Of a DNA stretch of 64,000 nucleotides, positions 51,917 to 61,990 are shown one piece after another. Source of the stretch: Spirochaetota bacterium (lineage in GTDB: Bacteria > Spirochaetota > UBA6919 > CBDBPB01); contig CBDBPB010000006.1 of NCBI GenBank assembly GCA_965208615.1, forward strand, positions 128,001 to 192,000, written 5' to 3'. Both the position numbers and the translations under genes were made by a program. The notes beneath the pieces were generated by a model. That model was not told the origin of the DNA and did no database searches. It saw only the letters and a program-made list of their open reading frames with translations. Numbering within the stretch: position 1 is the first letter of the stretch; each line of letters begins with the position of its first letter.

Positions 51917-54526
51917 ATGGAAAACCTTACCCCCATGATGAAGCAATATTATGGAATTAAAAACCAATTCAAAAAAGAAATACTTTTTTTTAGAATGGGT
52001 GACTTCTATGAGATGTTTGCAGAAGATGCTAAAAAAGCCTCTAAAATATTAAATATTGCTCTTACAAAAAGAACTAATATCCCTATGTGTGGTATCCCCT
52101 ATCACGCTAAAGATAACTATATATATAAACTTATTAAATCCGGCTTAAAAGTGGCTATTTGTGATCAGCTTGAAGATCCCTCCTTATGTAAAGGAATTGT
52201 AAAAAGAGGTGTTACTGAAGTAATAACTCCAGGAACTATGCTTGATGATCCAACTAATACCAAAGAACAGCTAAATAATTTTATTATGGCACTACAATTT
52301 AAAAATTCTAATAATACCCTTGCCATTGCATACGCTGATATAGCCACCGGGGAGTTTTTTATATATGAAGAAAATGAAAATAATATATTTCAAGCTATTA
52401 TAGATAAACTCTTTCAAATAAACCCTAAAGAATTAATTCTCCCAGAGCCAGTTAAAGACAATCAGCCTTTTATGGATTTATTAAAAAAATATCAAAAAGA
52501 AATTACTAAAAACTACTTACCACAATATAGATTTGACAAAAATGAAGGCGAAGAAATATTAAAAAACTTATTAAAAGTAAAAACCCTAAAAGGATATAAT
52601 ATTGAAGATAAACTATTAGCAATAGGATCAGCTGGCTCACTCATATATTACCTTAAAGAAACACAACTAAAAGAAATCTCACACCTTTCAAAAATAATAC
52701 CAATACAAAAAAATGATTACATGGCCCTAAACGAAACTACCATTAAAAACCTAGAACTCGTTAAAAACACCAAAGACGGATCAAAACAATATACCCTGTT
52801 TAATGAACTTAATAAAAGCAATACTGCTATGGGTGGACGGCTTTTGTATACGTGGATACTAAATCCCCTCTTGAATATAGGAGCTATTAAAAAACGTCAG
52901 CAAATTGTTAAATACTTTTTTGATAATCCGCCTTTGCTGTTATTAATAAGAACATCATTAAAAAAAATAATAGATATAGAAAGACTAATAGGAAAAATCG
53001 CCCTAAAGAAAATATCCCCAAGAGAAATAACTGCCCTTAAAATATCACTAATAGCCTGCGAAGAGGTTAAAGCTATTCTATCCGAACACAATACTCTTTT
53101 AGAATACTCTAACCTACCCAACCTTAAAAGAATTATATCCTGTATAGAAAATGCAATTTTAGATGAACCAGCAAATGACTTTGCAAATGGCTCAGTAATA
53201 AAAAATGGATATAACAATGATCTAGACAAACTTAGAGAGTTTAATCAAGAAGGAAAAGATTATTTAATTAAACTGCAAAACTCAGAAAAAACTAAGCTTA
53301 AAACTAATCTCAAAATTAAATATAACAAGGTATTAGGCTATTTTATTGAGGTTTCAAAAAGTAATACAAAAAACATCCCCCAACATTATATAAAAAAACA
53401 ATCCCTGGTAAACTCCAGCAGATATACTATCCCAGAACTCGCCGAGTATGAATCAAAAATCTTAAACGCACAAGAGAAAATACTATTCCTGGAAAAACAA
53501 CTATTTGAAGAAGTTATCTCCTTCCTCTGTGAACATTTAAGCAATATAAAAAAACTAAGTAAACTAATAGCTAAACTTGATGTATTAAGTGGATTCGCCT
53601 TTATTGCACTAAATAAAAATTATACTATGCCTGAAATATCCTCTAATGGCGGTATATTTATCAGCGAAGGAAGACATCCTGTTGTAGAAAATAACTTGAA
53701 AGATAGTGAGTTCATACCAAATGACCTTATTCTAAATAAAGATAAATCAAGGCTCCTACTAATTACAGGCCCAAATATGGCAGGCAAGTCAACCTACCTA
53801 AGACAAACTGCCTTACTTATAATAATGGCTCAAATTGGCTCTTTTATTCCTGTAGGCTCTGCAGAGTTATCCTTGGTAGATAGAATATTTACCAGAATAG
53901 GTGCCTCAGATAACCTTGCCAGAGGTGAGAGTACCTTTTTAGTAGAAATGATAGAAACTGCCATTATACTAAATAATGCTACGGAAAACTCCCTAATTAT
54001 AATGGACGAAATCGGCAGAGGAACAAGCACTTATGATGGACTATCTATAGCATGGAGTATAGTAGAATATCTTAGCCAAAATGAAAAAGTTTTAGGTAAG
54101 GTTTTATTTGCTACTCATTATCACGAGCTTACTGCACTAGCTAAAGAAGAGGGAATTGAGTGTTATCAAGTATTAGTTAAAGAGTGGGGTGATGAAATTA
54201 TATTTTTGCATAAAGTTAAAGAAGGTAGTGCCAGTAAGAGTTATGGCATTCAAGTTGCAAGGTTAGCAGGACTACCCAATGAAGTTATTAACCGTGCTAA
54301 AAATATATTAGCCGATTTGGAAAATAAAAACTATAGTGTAGAAGAAGACTTATTAAATTATAAGTCTTTAAAAAAAGAGTACAAAAAAAATATAGAACAG
54401 TTTAATTTATTCCCTCAACATTATGATAAACTGGCTAATGAAATCTTAAAATTAGATCACAACTCTCCCCTACTAATCAAAAAGATAAAAGAACTTCAAA
54501 ATAAAGTTAGACGAGGTGAAATATAA
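51917..54526 (+). CDS. mutS: DNA mismatch repair protein MutS
   Basis: TPMMKQY, FRMGDFYE, TGPNMAGKST, DEIGRGTST, ATHYHEL. Confidence 0.98.
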   Translation: MENLTPMMKQYYGIKNQFKKEILFFRMGDFYEMFAEDAKKASKILNIALTKRTNIPMCGIPYHAKDNYIYKLIKSGLKVAICDQLEDPSLCKGIVKRGVTEVITPGTMLDDPTNTKEQLNNFIMALQFKNSNNTLAIAYADIATGEFFIYEENENNIFQAIIDKLFQINPKELILPEPVKDNQPFMDLLKKYQKEITKNYLPQYRFDKNEGEEILKNLLKVKTLKGYNIEDKLLAIGSAGSLIYYLKETQLKEISHLSKIIPIQKNDYMALNETTIKNLELVKNTKDGSKQYTLFNELNKSNTAMGGRLLYTWILNPLLNIGAIKKRQQIVKYFFDNPPLLLLIRTSLKKIIDIERLIGKIALKKISPREITALKISLIACEEVKAILSEHNTLLEYSNLPNLKRIISCIENAILDEPANDFANGSVIKNGYNNDLDKLREFNQEGKDYLIKLQNSEKTKLKTNLKIKYNKVLGYFIEVSKSNTKNIPQHYIKKQSLVNSSRYTIPELAEYESKILNAQEKILFLEKQLFEEVISFLCEHLSNIKKLSKLIAKLDVLSGFAFIALNKNYTMPEISSNGGIFISEGRHPVVENNLKDSEFIPNDLILNKDKSRLLLITGPNMAGKSTYLRQTALLIIMAQIGSFIPVGSAELSLVDRIFTRIGASDNLARGESTFLVEMIETAIILNNATENSLIIMDEIGRGTSTYDGLSIAWSIVEYLSQNEKVLGKVLFATHYHELTALAKEEGIECYQVLVKEWGDEIIFLHKVKEGSASKSYGIQVARLAGLPNEVINRAKNILADLENKNYSVEEDLLNYKSLKKEYKKNIEQFNLFPQHYDKLANEILKLDHNSPLLIKKIKELQNKVRRGEI

Positions 54527-54677
54527 CTTCTATATTATAGTTTTTAGTAAAAGTTTTAATCTACTTTCTATAAACATTATTAGAACGTTTAATTATTAGA
54601 ATGATTAATAAAATTAATAGCTAATACAAGTGTTTAGTCTTATATAAAATCATATATTGAGAGTTTAGGAAATTATT

Positions 54678-55982
54678 ATGCCATATATCATATTATTAGT
54701 AATTTTATTTAGTTTACCAAGTTTATCCTTTGGAGAAAAAATACCCTATCCTAAAGGAGGACTTAAAAAAAATGATCTGTTTATTAAAAACTGGAATCCA
54801 GTTACAGGATTATCAGCATATATAAAATACGGTGACAGCAAAGTTAAATCCCTACCATATTTTAACTTTGACCTAAACCTTAGCTATTTACGCTTTTTTA
54901 TAAAAAGTGATGCAGAATGGGATAAAGCTTATAAAGAATATTTGTTTAGTCCATGGTTTACCTATATAATAGAAGTTAAACCTTTTGATTTTGCCTCATT
55001 TTTAACCTCTGGTAGTAAATACTCCATTTTTGTAGAACAAAATGAATGGCTTAGTAATCTAACTTTTATTGTTAGTAATAAAAACTTCGCAAGTACACAG
55101 TTTATTATACCTCCTCTACAGTGGTACTTCGACCTTCTAAACAGCTCTATAGAGATTAATAAAATTATAACTCCTAATCAAAATGCAACCTATAACTCTA
55201 TTATAGAGATATGGTACCCAAAAACCAAAGATATTGGATTTGGAATAGCTGATCGTATTCATATTTTCCAAAACCCCTATCATGCCCTTGGAATAATGGC
55301 TTATTTTGAGTTTAGCATTTCCACTAAAGATAAACAAGCCAAAGGAACTGATTCAGATACTCTAGAAAACTTTAATACTAAAAGATTTACTTTTGCTGGT
55401 CTATTTGGCCTTTTTTATAAGCTAAAACTTGATGATATAGAACTAGAATCTAATATTATATACCATATACTAAAAGGTAACTTTGATGACTGGATCTTGG
55501 ATGTAATAGAACATACCCTTGTTTTTTATACAGAAATAGTATTTATTGATATGATTTTACTACACCTTAACTATCACTTTATTTATGCTAATTATGGCGA
55601 ATTTAAAGAAGTTATACAATCCCATACTCTTAATCTGGGAGCAGAAATTAGAGGATTTGGAGATAAGGTTGAGTGGTTAGGATTAGGTTTTGATTTATTT
55701 TATCAAAATACCGATCAAAATATACCTGCTAATTATGCTTGGTTCACTAACTATAACGAATATGATGCTAAGCTTAAAAGCATAGGTCTTGTATTTTCCG
55801 TCAATTTTTTCCCTCTTTCTTTCCATGATAAAAACCATAGGTTAAAATTAGGTTTTCTTTTCGGATTATTTTATAATATTTGGGAGCGTCAAGGAGAAGG
55901 TATTTTTGACAGCTCTTCAGTTAACGAATCCGCTAAAAGCTGGTCAAAAGGATTTATGTTTAAGATAGATTATAAGTTTTAA
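54678..55982 (+). CDS. Putative outer-membrane beta-barrel protein
   Basis: Signal peptide, aromatic-rich alternating strands, C-terminal FKIDYKF beta-signal. Confidence 0.6.
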   Translation: MPYIILLVILFSLPSLSFGEKIPYPKGGLKKNDLFIKNWNPVTGLSAYIKYGDSKVKSLPYFNFDLNLSYLRFFIKSDAEWDKAYKEYLFSPWFTYIIEVKPFDFASFLTSGSKYSIFVEQNEWLSNLTFIVSNKNFASTQFIIPPLQWYFDLLNSSIEINKIITPNQNATYNSIIEIWYPKTKDIGFGIADRIHIFQNPYHALGIMAYFEFSISTKDKQAKGTDSDTLENFNTKRFTFAGLFGLFYKLKLDDIELESNIIYHILKGNFDDWILDVIEHTLVFYTEIVFIDMILLHLNYHFIYANYGEFKEVIQSHTLNLGAEIRGFGDKVEWLGLGFDLFYQNTDQNIPANYAWFTNYNEYDAKLKSIGLVFSVNFFPLSFHDKNHRLKLGFLFGLFYNIWERQGEGIFDSSSVNESAKSWSKGFMFKIDYKF

Positions 55983-55988
55983 TAATTA

Positions 55989-56011
55989 AAACTCCCTAAT
56001 AAAGGGAGTTT
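55989..56011. terminator. Bidirectional terminator between convergent genes
   Basis: AAACTCCCT-N5-AGGGAGTTT. Confidence 0.7.
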
Positions 56012-56016
56012 ACCTG

Positions 56017-56253
56017 TTATTTCTTTTTTTTCTTTTTTATCTTTTTTTCAGCTTCTTTTCTTAGCTTTTTTTTAAGGTCTTTCTTAAACTTCTTTTTATT
56101 TTTCTCTTTTTTTCCTTTTTTAAAACTATACCCGCCAAAAATCTCTTTTAAGCTTTTGCTAGTTTTTATGTTGTTCTGCTCTGATGTATAAGCAAAAGAC
56201 TTAAAACTAAAAATAAATAACACTAAGGTGAATAAAACTATCCCCTTTTTCAT
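56017..56253 (-). CDS. Small secreted Lys-rich protein
   Basis: AGGAG RBS, signal peptide ending SFA, poly-Lys C-terminus. Confidence 0.65.
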   Translation of the reverse strand: MKKGIVLFTLVLFIFSFKSFAYTSEQNNIKTSKSLKEIFGGYSFKKGKKEKNKKKFKKDLKKKLRKEAEKKIKKKKKK

Positions 56254-56317
56254 TATAATACTCCTATTGTTAAAAGGCTATAATAAAAGAGAAACACCTT
56301 AGGTATTAAAATATAAG

Positions 56318-56578
56318 TTATTTTTTTCTTCTAGCTTTTAATTTTTTCTTAAGATTCCTTCTTTTCTTAAGCTTATTTTTAATTCTGTTTTCCTTTGCTT
56401 TTTTGAGCATAGCTTTTCTTTTACTTTTTCTACGAGCAGTCTCTTCAAAAGACTCACTAGTAACAAGAGGTTTAACATTATTAACGTTTAAACCATTAAC
56501 ATTAGTATCCGCAGACGCCTTAGAACTAAAAATAAATACCCCAACAACAAAAACGCATAAAACTAATATACTTTTCAT
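56318..56578 (-). CDS. Small secreted Lys/Arg-rich protein
   Basis: AAGGAG RBS, signal peptide ending ASA, basic helical tail; alternative in-frame start at 56605. Confidence 0.7.
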   Translation of the reverse strand: MKSILVLCVFVVGVFIFSSKASADTNVNGLNVNNVKPLVTSESFEETARRKSKRKAMLKKAKENRIKNKLKKRRNLKKKLKARRKK

Positions 56579-56706
56579 TTGATACTCCTTATAAAGTTTA
56601 TACATAAGCTCCTAACTGAAACAGCTAAGAATTAACACAATTAAATAAACACTTAGTTTTAAATATAAATTAAAAACTTTATAATTAACTGAAATACTTA
56701 TAAATA

Positions 56707-57522
56707 CTACTTATTACTAAACTCCTTTATAGCTAAATATATTCTAGCTAAGCGTTCCTTATAATCTCCGTGTACGCCTCCTGTATGATGTTTAGTAAAT
56801 TTTACTGCATAAACCAATCCCTCAGGCGGATAAGCTGAAAGACTAGTAATTAAAACAGCTTTTATATCAGCATCAGCCTCCATATTAGCCTCATAACCCT
56901 TCATACCTGCAGACTTAGCCTTTAAAATAGTCTTTATAATCATCTTAGAATAATCATTATGAAAATCTCCAGAAGCTATTTTAAGCCCCTCTACCATTTC
57001 TTTATAGTGTCTGTAAATATTATCCTTAATTAACATTATAACATAGTGCTTTTTAGGATGTTCAAGGTATAAGTGTACCAACTCATGGGATAATATGCCA
57101 GCCATAACAATATCACCATCAATATTTAACTTTTTTGACTCTCTATATATATGAGAAATAAGCCCTGTAGTAATACAAATAAAGCCTCCAGGCAGTGTAA
57201 AGGCATTTTTTGCCCTTGTCTTATAAATAATAACCTCTGGTGAATAATAAGGCTCCCTCCAAAAACTTAGACTAGAACCATTATAATGTAGCTTTTTTAA
57301 CATTAACCTAAACTTTTGTTCTAAACTATTTAACTTATCACTAGGATTATATAAAGGAGTTTTACTATGGTTTATAGCTATCAAACCCATTAACCACTCT
57401 TCATATAATCCAATATCATTGTTTCTTCTATCAATCTCAGCTTTAGAAGGAAGATAACTACACTTAGTTATAAAAAAGGATAATAAAATTATTAATACTA
57501 TAAATAAGGCCTTATCTTTCAT
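56707..57522 (-). CDS. M48-family zinc metallopeptidase, lipoprotein
   Basis: Lipobox-like ITK-C, NAFTLPGG, HELVH, EADAD, H...ERL. Confidence 0.88.
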   Translation of the reverse strand: MKDKALFIVLIILLSFFITKCSYLPSKAEIDRRNNDIGLYEEWLMGLIAINHSKTPLYNPSDKLNSLEQKFRLMLKKLHYNGSSLSFWREPYYSPEVIIYKTRAKNAFTLPGGFICITTGLISHIYRESKKLNIDGDIVMAGILSHELVHLYLEHPKKHYVIMLIKDNIYRHYKEMVEGLKIASGDFHNDYSKMIIKTILKAKSAGMKGYEANMEADADIKAVLITSLSAYPPEGLVYAVKFTKHHTGGVHGDYKERLARIYLAIKEFSNK

Positions 57523-57546
57523 TGTCTACACCAAACAAATCAAAGA

Positions 57547-58404
57547 CTACTTCTTTTTAGCACTACTATACTTTCTTAGTACCTTAAGAATAAATAATTG
57601 ATCTTTAATATAACTTCTTTTCTTAAAAAAAGAATATTTTTTTAAAATAGCTAAAAGATTACTATTTATAGCTCCTTTATTCTTAACTCGTCTCTTCTTA
57701 GAAAAGCCCTTTGACGCCGCAGACAGCTCATCCTCTTCAGAAAAGCCTTTTGACGCCGCAGATAGCTCATCCTCTTCAGAAAAGCCCTTTGACGCCGCAG
57801 ATAGCTCATCCTCTTCAGAAAAGCCTTTTGACGCCGCAGATAGCTCATCCTCTTCAGAAAAGCCTTTTGACGCCGCAGATAGCTCATCCTCTTCAGAAAA
57901 GCCTTTTGACGCCGCAGATAACTCATCCTCTTCAGAAAAGCCCTTTGACGCCGCAGATAGCTCATCCTCTTCAGAAAAGCCCTTTGACGCCGCAGATAAC
58001 TCATCCTCTTCAGAAAAGCCCTTTGACGCCGCAGATAGCTCATCCTCTTCGGAAAAGCTTTTTTTTGTAGAGCTAAAATCATCTCTTTTTAACTTTTTTA
58101 CTAAAATATTATAAATGTTCTCATTTACAGGGACTAACTTATCTGAAAGCATTTTTATATGGATATAGCCAAACTTATTATTTATTTTAATCTTAGCCCA
58201 GTTTCTTTTCTGGAACATAATTCTAACTTCTCTCCCCTCCTCAAGGATATATAGGACTTTAGAAAGTATATTTGGTTTTGCATAAACAAATGAAAAGGCA
58301 TTCCTGATAACCTTTTTCGTAGCCATAGATAAATTAGGTAATATCAAAAAGATAAAGATTATTATAATAGTTTTTACTTCAAATCTTAAATTTATTATTC
58401 TCAT
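57547..58404 (-). CDS. Exported SH3b-domain protein with nine 13-aa repeats
   Basis: Signal peptide; VYAKPN..S.VL...WAKI....KFGYI SH3; (FSEEDELSAASKG)x9. Confidence 0.85.
   Translation of the reverse strand: MRIINLRFEVKTIIIIFIFLILPNLSMATKKVIRNAFSFVYAKPNILSKVLYILEEGREVRIMFQKRNWAKIKINNKFGYIHIKMLSDKLVPVNENIYNILVKKLKRDDFSSTKKSFSEEDELSAASKGFSEEDELSAASKGFSEEDELSAASKGFSEEDELSAASKGFSEEDELSAASKGFSEEDELSAASKGFSEEDELSAASKGFSEEDELSAASKGFSEEDELSAASKGFSKKRRVKNKGAINSNLLAILKKYSFFKKRSYIKDQLFILKVLRKYSSAKKK
57701..58058. repeat. 39-bp tandem repeat, 9 full copies plus a partial copy
   Basis: Unit GAAAAGCCYTTTGACGCCGCAGAYARCTCATCCTCTTCR starting at 57701, 57740, ... 58013. Confidence 0.98.
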
Positions 58405-58456
58405 ATTTAAAATATAAGATACTTATAACATTTATATTTTCTTTTTTTAAGAGGGT

Positions 58457-59674
58457 TTAGTTAGGCATTTTAAGCAGAGTTATACCATGGGATATGCTAG
58501 TTAATTCGTTGTTTTTTAAGAAATTAAGAATATCAGTATAAAAATTATATGAATGACCTATTACCTTTTCAATTATCCAAATTGCTTTAATTAAAATATC
58601 CTCATTAAGCTTTTCTTTATTATGCCATGATAAGCTAATTGCCATTATCCGTATTAAAGAATAAAAAAATATTAATAAAAAATATCCATCCCTTAGCTTA
58701 TAAAGAGCAAAACTCTTTCGTAATATATAAAATACAATATAATTCTCTATAATATGCTCAAACTCTTTACTGTTTGAAAAATAAAAATCAAAATAATCAT
58801 TAACATAATTCTCTATGCTATAAACTATAAACTCGTCTTCTAAGCCAAATAAATAACGCTTAGACAACCTCTTAAACGATTTACGCAACTCTATATACGG
58901 AATGTTAATAAGCCTTAGTCTTACAAACTCCTTAAGCAAAATTACCTGAAGTTTTACTGCATGGTTAACCTTTTTAACCTCTTCAGCAAAAAAAGAAGAT
59001 AACATAATATTTTTATTTCGCTTAATAATTCTCTCTATCTCTGAGTAATCATAATTTTTAACAGTCTCCAGCTGTCTTATTGTCAGCCCCAACAATATTA
59101 ATCTCTCATCCACCCTAAACCTTCTACACTGCATGATCTCAGTAAAATGATATTCTAATTCATAATAAAACTTTATAATACCATTAGTATAAAAAATATC
59201 CTTTGGTATATTAGCACTATATAAATTCCCGTTAGAGAAAAAATAGTTATCTGGATTTTTAATCATCCTTATTTTATCCCTTGACCTTAAAAGCCCTGCC
59301 GCCTCTGGACAAGAAAAAGTCATGGACAGCTCTTTTCCAAATGGAGTCTTATAAACTAACCTAGGGTATACCTTACAAATATCAGGTAATACACCAATGC
59401 CAAACTCTTTATGAATAGTACAAAGCCCAGTGGAAGTTAAAAGTCCGCATTTACCATTCTTAAGCTTTATATAAGCATAACTTTTATTACCTTTTTGCCT
59501 ATTCCTTTTAACATTATCCCTAAATAAACTAAAAAAATTATTACTCGCCATACATTTCTTTAATTTCGTATACGATTTCTTATCCATAGAGATATTCCAT
59601 ACTCCACAACATCTACCCTTCTGAGTGCATTTATAAGGAATCATTAAACTTGGAACAAAAACATCCTCTTTCAT
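58457..59674 (-). CDS. fliB: Flagellin lysine-N-methylase
   Basis: YKC...CC..W, C.LL...GLC.IH, ICKVYPR, FSCPEAA; sigma28-type promoter upstream. Confidence 0.85.
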   Translation of the reverse strand: MKEDVFVPSLMIPYKCTQKGRCCGVWNISMDKKSYTKLKKCMASNNFFSLFRDNVKRNRQKGNKSYAYIKLKNGKCGLLTSTGLCTIHKEFGIGVLPDICKVYPRLVYKTPFGKELSMTFSCPEAAGLLRSRDKIRMIKNPDNYFFSNGNLYSANIPKDIFYTNGIIKFYYELEYHFTEIMQCRRFRVDERLILLGLTIRQLETVKNYDYSEIERIIKRNKNIMLSSFFAEEVKKVNHAVKLQVILLKEFVRLRLINIPYIELRKSFKRLSKRYLFGLEDEFIVYSIENYVNDYFDFYFSNSKEFEHIIENYIVFYILRKSFALYKLRDGYFLLIFFYSLIRIMAISLSWHNKEKLNEDILIKAIWIIEKVIGHSYNFYTDILNFLKNNELTSISHGITLLKMPN

Positions 59675-59711
59675 ACTCCCCCACTCTAAAAGTTATTATT
59701 AGAATATTAAA

Positions 59712-59737
59712 ATCGGAAGGTTAATAAAGAATCTTTA
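59712..59737 (-). promoter_or_regulatory. Sigma28-type promoter of fliB
   Basis: TAAA-N17-CCGAT. Confidence 0.55.
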
Positions 59738-59753
59738 AGGCTGGTTAGCTATA

Positions 59754-61031
59754 TTATTGTTTGATTTTACCAATAAGATAAGCCTTGTCTATACTGGTCG
59801 GTATTATTTCTATAAAATCCCCTATTACAGGCTCACCCCTAAACTTAACCCTAATGTAATTATCACTATATCCCGAGAAAAACCCATCCAATGACTGCTT
59901 TTCAACTAATACCCTTAAAGGCTTAAATAAAAAACCCTTTAAATAAAGAATAGAAAGCCTAGTGGATAATTCACGGACTAACAAACTCCTATTAGATTTT
60001 ACTCCCCCATCTACCTGATTAGACATAGACTCAGCTAAAGTACCTTTTCTAGAGGAAAACTTAAAAGTATGAATATGGGTTAAATTAAGCTCTTCAAGAA
60101 AAGATAGGGTCTCTAAAAACTCATTCTCTTTCTCACCAGGAAAACCCACCATAACATCAGTAGTAATGTTTATTAAAGGATGTTTTTTACGAATAAGATT
60201 TATAACTCCAGCAAAATAATCCCTTTTATAACCCCTTCCCATTAGCCTTAATATTCTATCACAGCCACTCTGAAGAGGAATATGAATATGAAAACACATC
60301 TTAGGATGAATAAATAAATCAATTAAATTATGGCTTATCTTATTTGGCTCCAATGAAGATAAATGAATCCTAAAATTACCAGGTATATCTAATACCTTTT
60401 TCAATAACATAGCTAAGTCATTTCCCTCATTGTAATAATCACCAATATTAATCCCAGTCAATATAACTTCTTTATATCCAAAATCAATTAGCTTTTTTAT
60501 AGAATATATAATATCTTCAGTAGACCTACTCTCAGCTCTCCCTCGTGCAATGGGAATCTTACAATAGGAGCAGTTTTCATTACATCCATCTTGGATTTTA
60601 ATAAAACTTCTGGTATGAAGAGTATCCTTAGCAATATTATAATCAAATAAACTAGGCTTAATTTTATTAATATCAACGAGTTCATTACTCAAAAACTTAT
60701 CAACAACCTTAAATAAACTATATTTTGCTTTGTTACCTATAACATAGTCTACCCCATCAATATTTTTAACTATATCCTTATTAGTCTCTGCATAACAGCC
60801 AGTTACAAAAACTAAAGCTGATGGATTAAGCCTGTTTACCTTGTTAATTATACCCCTAGACTTAGAATCACTCTTATTAGTAACAGTACAAGTATTAATA
60901 ATATAGGCATCCGCCTTATTGTTTACGGATACCACTTTATATCCATTTTTTATAAAATCAGAAATAAGGCTGTCAGATTCAAACTGATTTAACCTACATC
61001 CAAGAGTGCTAAAGCCAATTGTCTTATTCAT
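59754..61031 (-). CDS. mtaB: tRNA t6A methylthiotransferase
   Basis: TLGCRLNQFES, NTCTVT, KIQDGCNENCSYC, HIPLQSG. Confidence 0.92.
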   Translation of the reverse strand: MNKTIGFSTLGCRLNQFESDSLISDFIKNGYKVVSVNNKADAYIINTCTVTNKSDSKSRGIINKVNRLNPSALVFVTGCYAETNKDIVKNIDGVDYVIGNKAKYSLFKVVDKFLSNELVDINKIKPSLFDYNIAKDTLHTRSFIKIQDGCNENCSYCKIPIARGRAESRSTEDIIYSIKKLIDFGYKEVILTGINIGDYYNEGNDLAMLLKKVLDIPGNFRIHLSSLEPNKISHNLIDLFIHPKMCFHIHIPLQSGCDRILRLMGRGYKRDYFAGVINLIRKKHPLINITTDVMVGFPGEKENEFLETLSFLEELNLTHIHTFKFSSRKGTLAESMSNQVDGGVKSNRSLLVRELSTRLSILYLKGFLFKPLRVLVEKQSLDGFFSGYSDNYIRVKFRGEPVIGDFIEIIPTSIDKAYLIGKIKQ

Positions 61032-61903
61032 AACTCACAATCTTCATCACAAGGCCTAAAAAGTGTAAATAATACATCTTTTAGCCTATTCCTTTTTTCA
61101 TAAAGGGGATTACTATTACTAAATTCATCCTCTATAGCGGATAAAAATAATTTAATCTCTTTAGTAATAAGAAATATTAACTCCTTCTTAAAACTACTAA
61201 TATCATTAGAGTGATAGGCAATCTTGGTGGCTCCTATTCTTATTTTTATTTGACTTACTAATTCATCATGCTTACTCCGCAATAACTTATTAAAAATTAT
61301 TGAACTACTATCATAAACCATATGAACTTCAAACTTATAGTGTTTAATAAGCTTACTAGTAAAAGTACCCAAGTTATAATATGCATTTTTTTTATAACTT
61401 TTAGATTTATTAAGCTTCAAACTAACCGAATAAAAATCCACTAAATTAATTCCACCTTCTGTTTGCAAAAGAAAGTTTAACTTTTTCTTAACTCTACCTG
61501 CTAAGTAATGTTTCCTTTTTTCAACACTATTAATCATATAATAACTTTCTTGACTAATAGCATTCATTATAACGTTATTAACCTCTTTTTCTCTATTCTT
61601 AATTTCCTCAGCCATATCCTTATTTTTATGCTCCAAATATACCCTTGAATTAAAGAAAAAACTTCCATAAGGCTTTAAGTCAGAGGTAAACCTAAGACCA
61701 GGTAAGTCATTATATTGATAAGGTGTTGAATAAGGCCTTTTAGCCACAAAAGTCTCTAAAATAATAACTGCAATAATAATTATAAATATTATTATTGATC
61801 CAATAAAAATAGCCTTCTTTAAGTTCTTTGGATGAAGAATTTTACTAATTAGTAAAGCCTTACTTTTTCTAATATCATCCAGCTTTTGACCAATTTCTGC
61901 CAT
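61028..61903 (-). CDS. FliL-like membrane protein, apparently with two FliL-like domains
   Basis: Single N-terminal TM; EEIKNR..EV..VI...INSVEKR...LN.LL..GGI parallels the neighbouring FliL; second similar unit follows. Confidence 0.6.
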   Translation of the reverse strand: MAEIGQKLDDIRKSKALLISKILHPKNLKKAIFIGSIIIFIIIIAVIILETFVAKRPYSTPYQYNDLPGLRFTSDLKPYGSFFFNSRVYLEHKNKDMAEEIKNREKEVNNVIMNAISQESYYMINSVEKRKHYLAGRVKKKLNFLLQTEGGINLVDFYSVSLKLNKSKSYKKNAYYNLGTFTSKLIKHYKFEVHMVYDSSSIIFNKLLRSKHDELVSQIKIRIGATKIAYHSNDISSFKKELIFLITKEIKLFLSAIEDEFSNSNPLYEKRNRLKDVLFTLFRPCDEDCEL

Positions 61904-61990
61904 ATATTAACTCCAACATAAAACCTTATATTAAATACTTATATCCTAAACATATAAAAATACTAAACAATTAATTATAAAATACCACAA

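Noticed and set aside
57701-58058. Possible CRISPR array
   Set aside because: The repeats are contiguous 39-mers with no spacers, lie in frame in a CDS, and there are no cas genes
57666-58082. Alternative-frame ORFs over the repeat (138 aa minus, 119 aa plus)
   Set aside because: By-products of a stop-free repeat; variation is synonymous only in the SH3-protein frame
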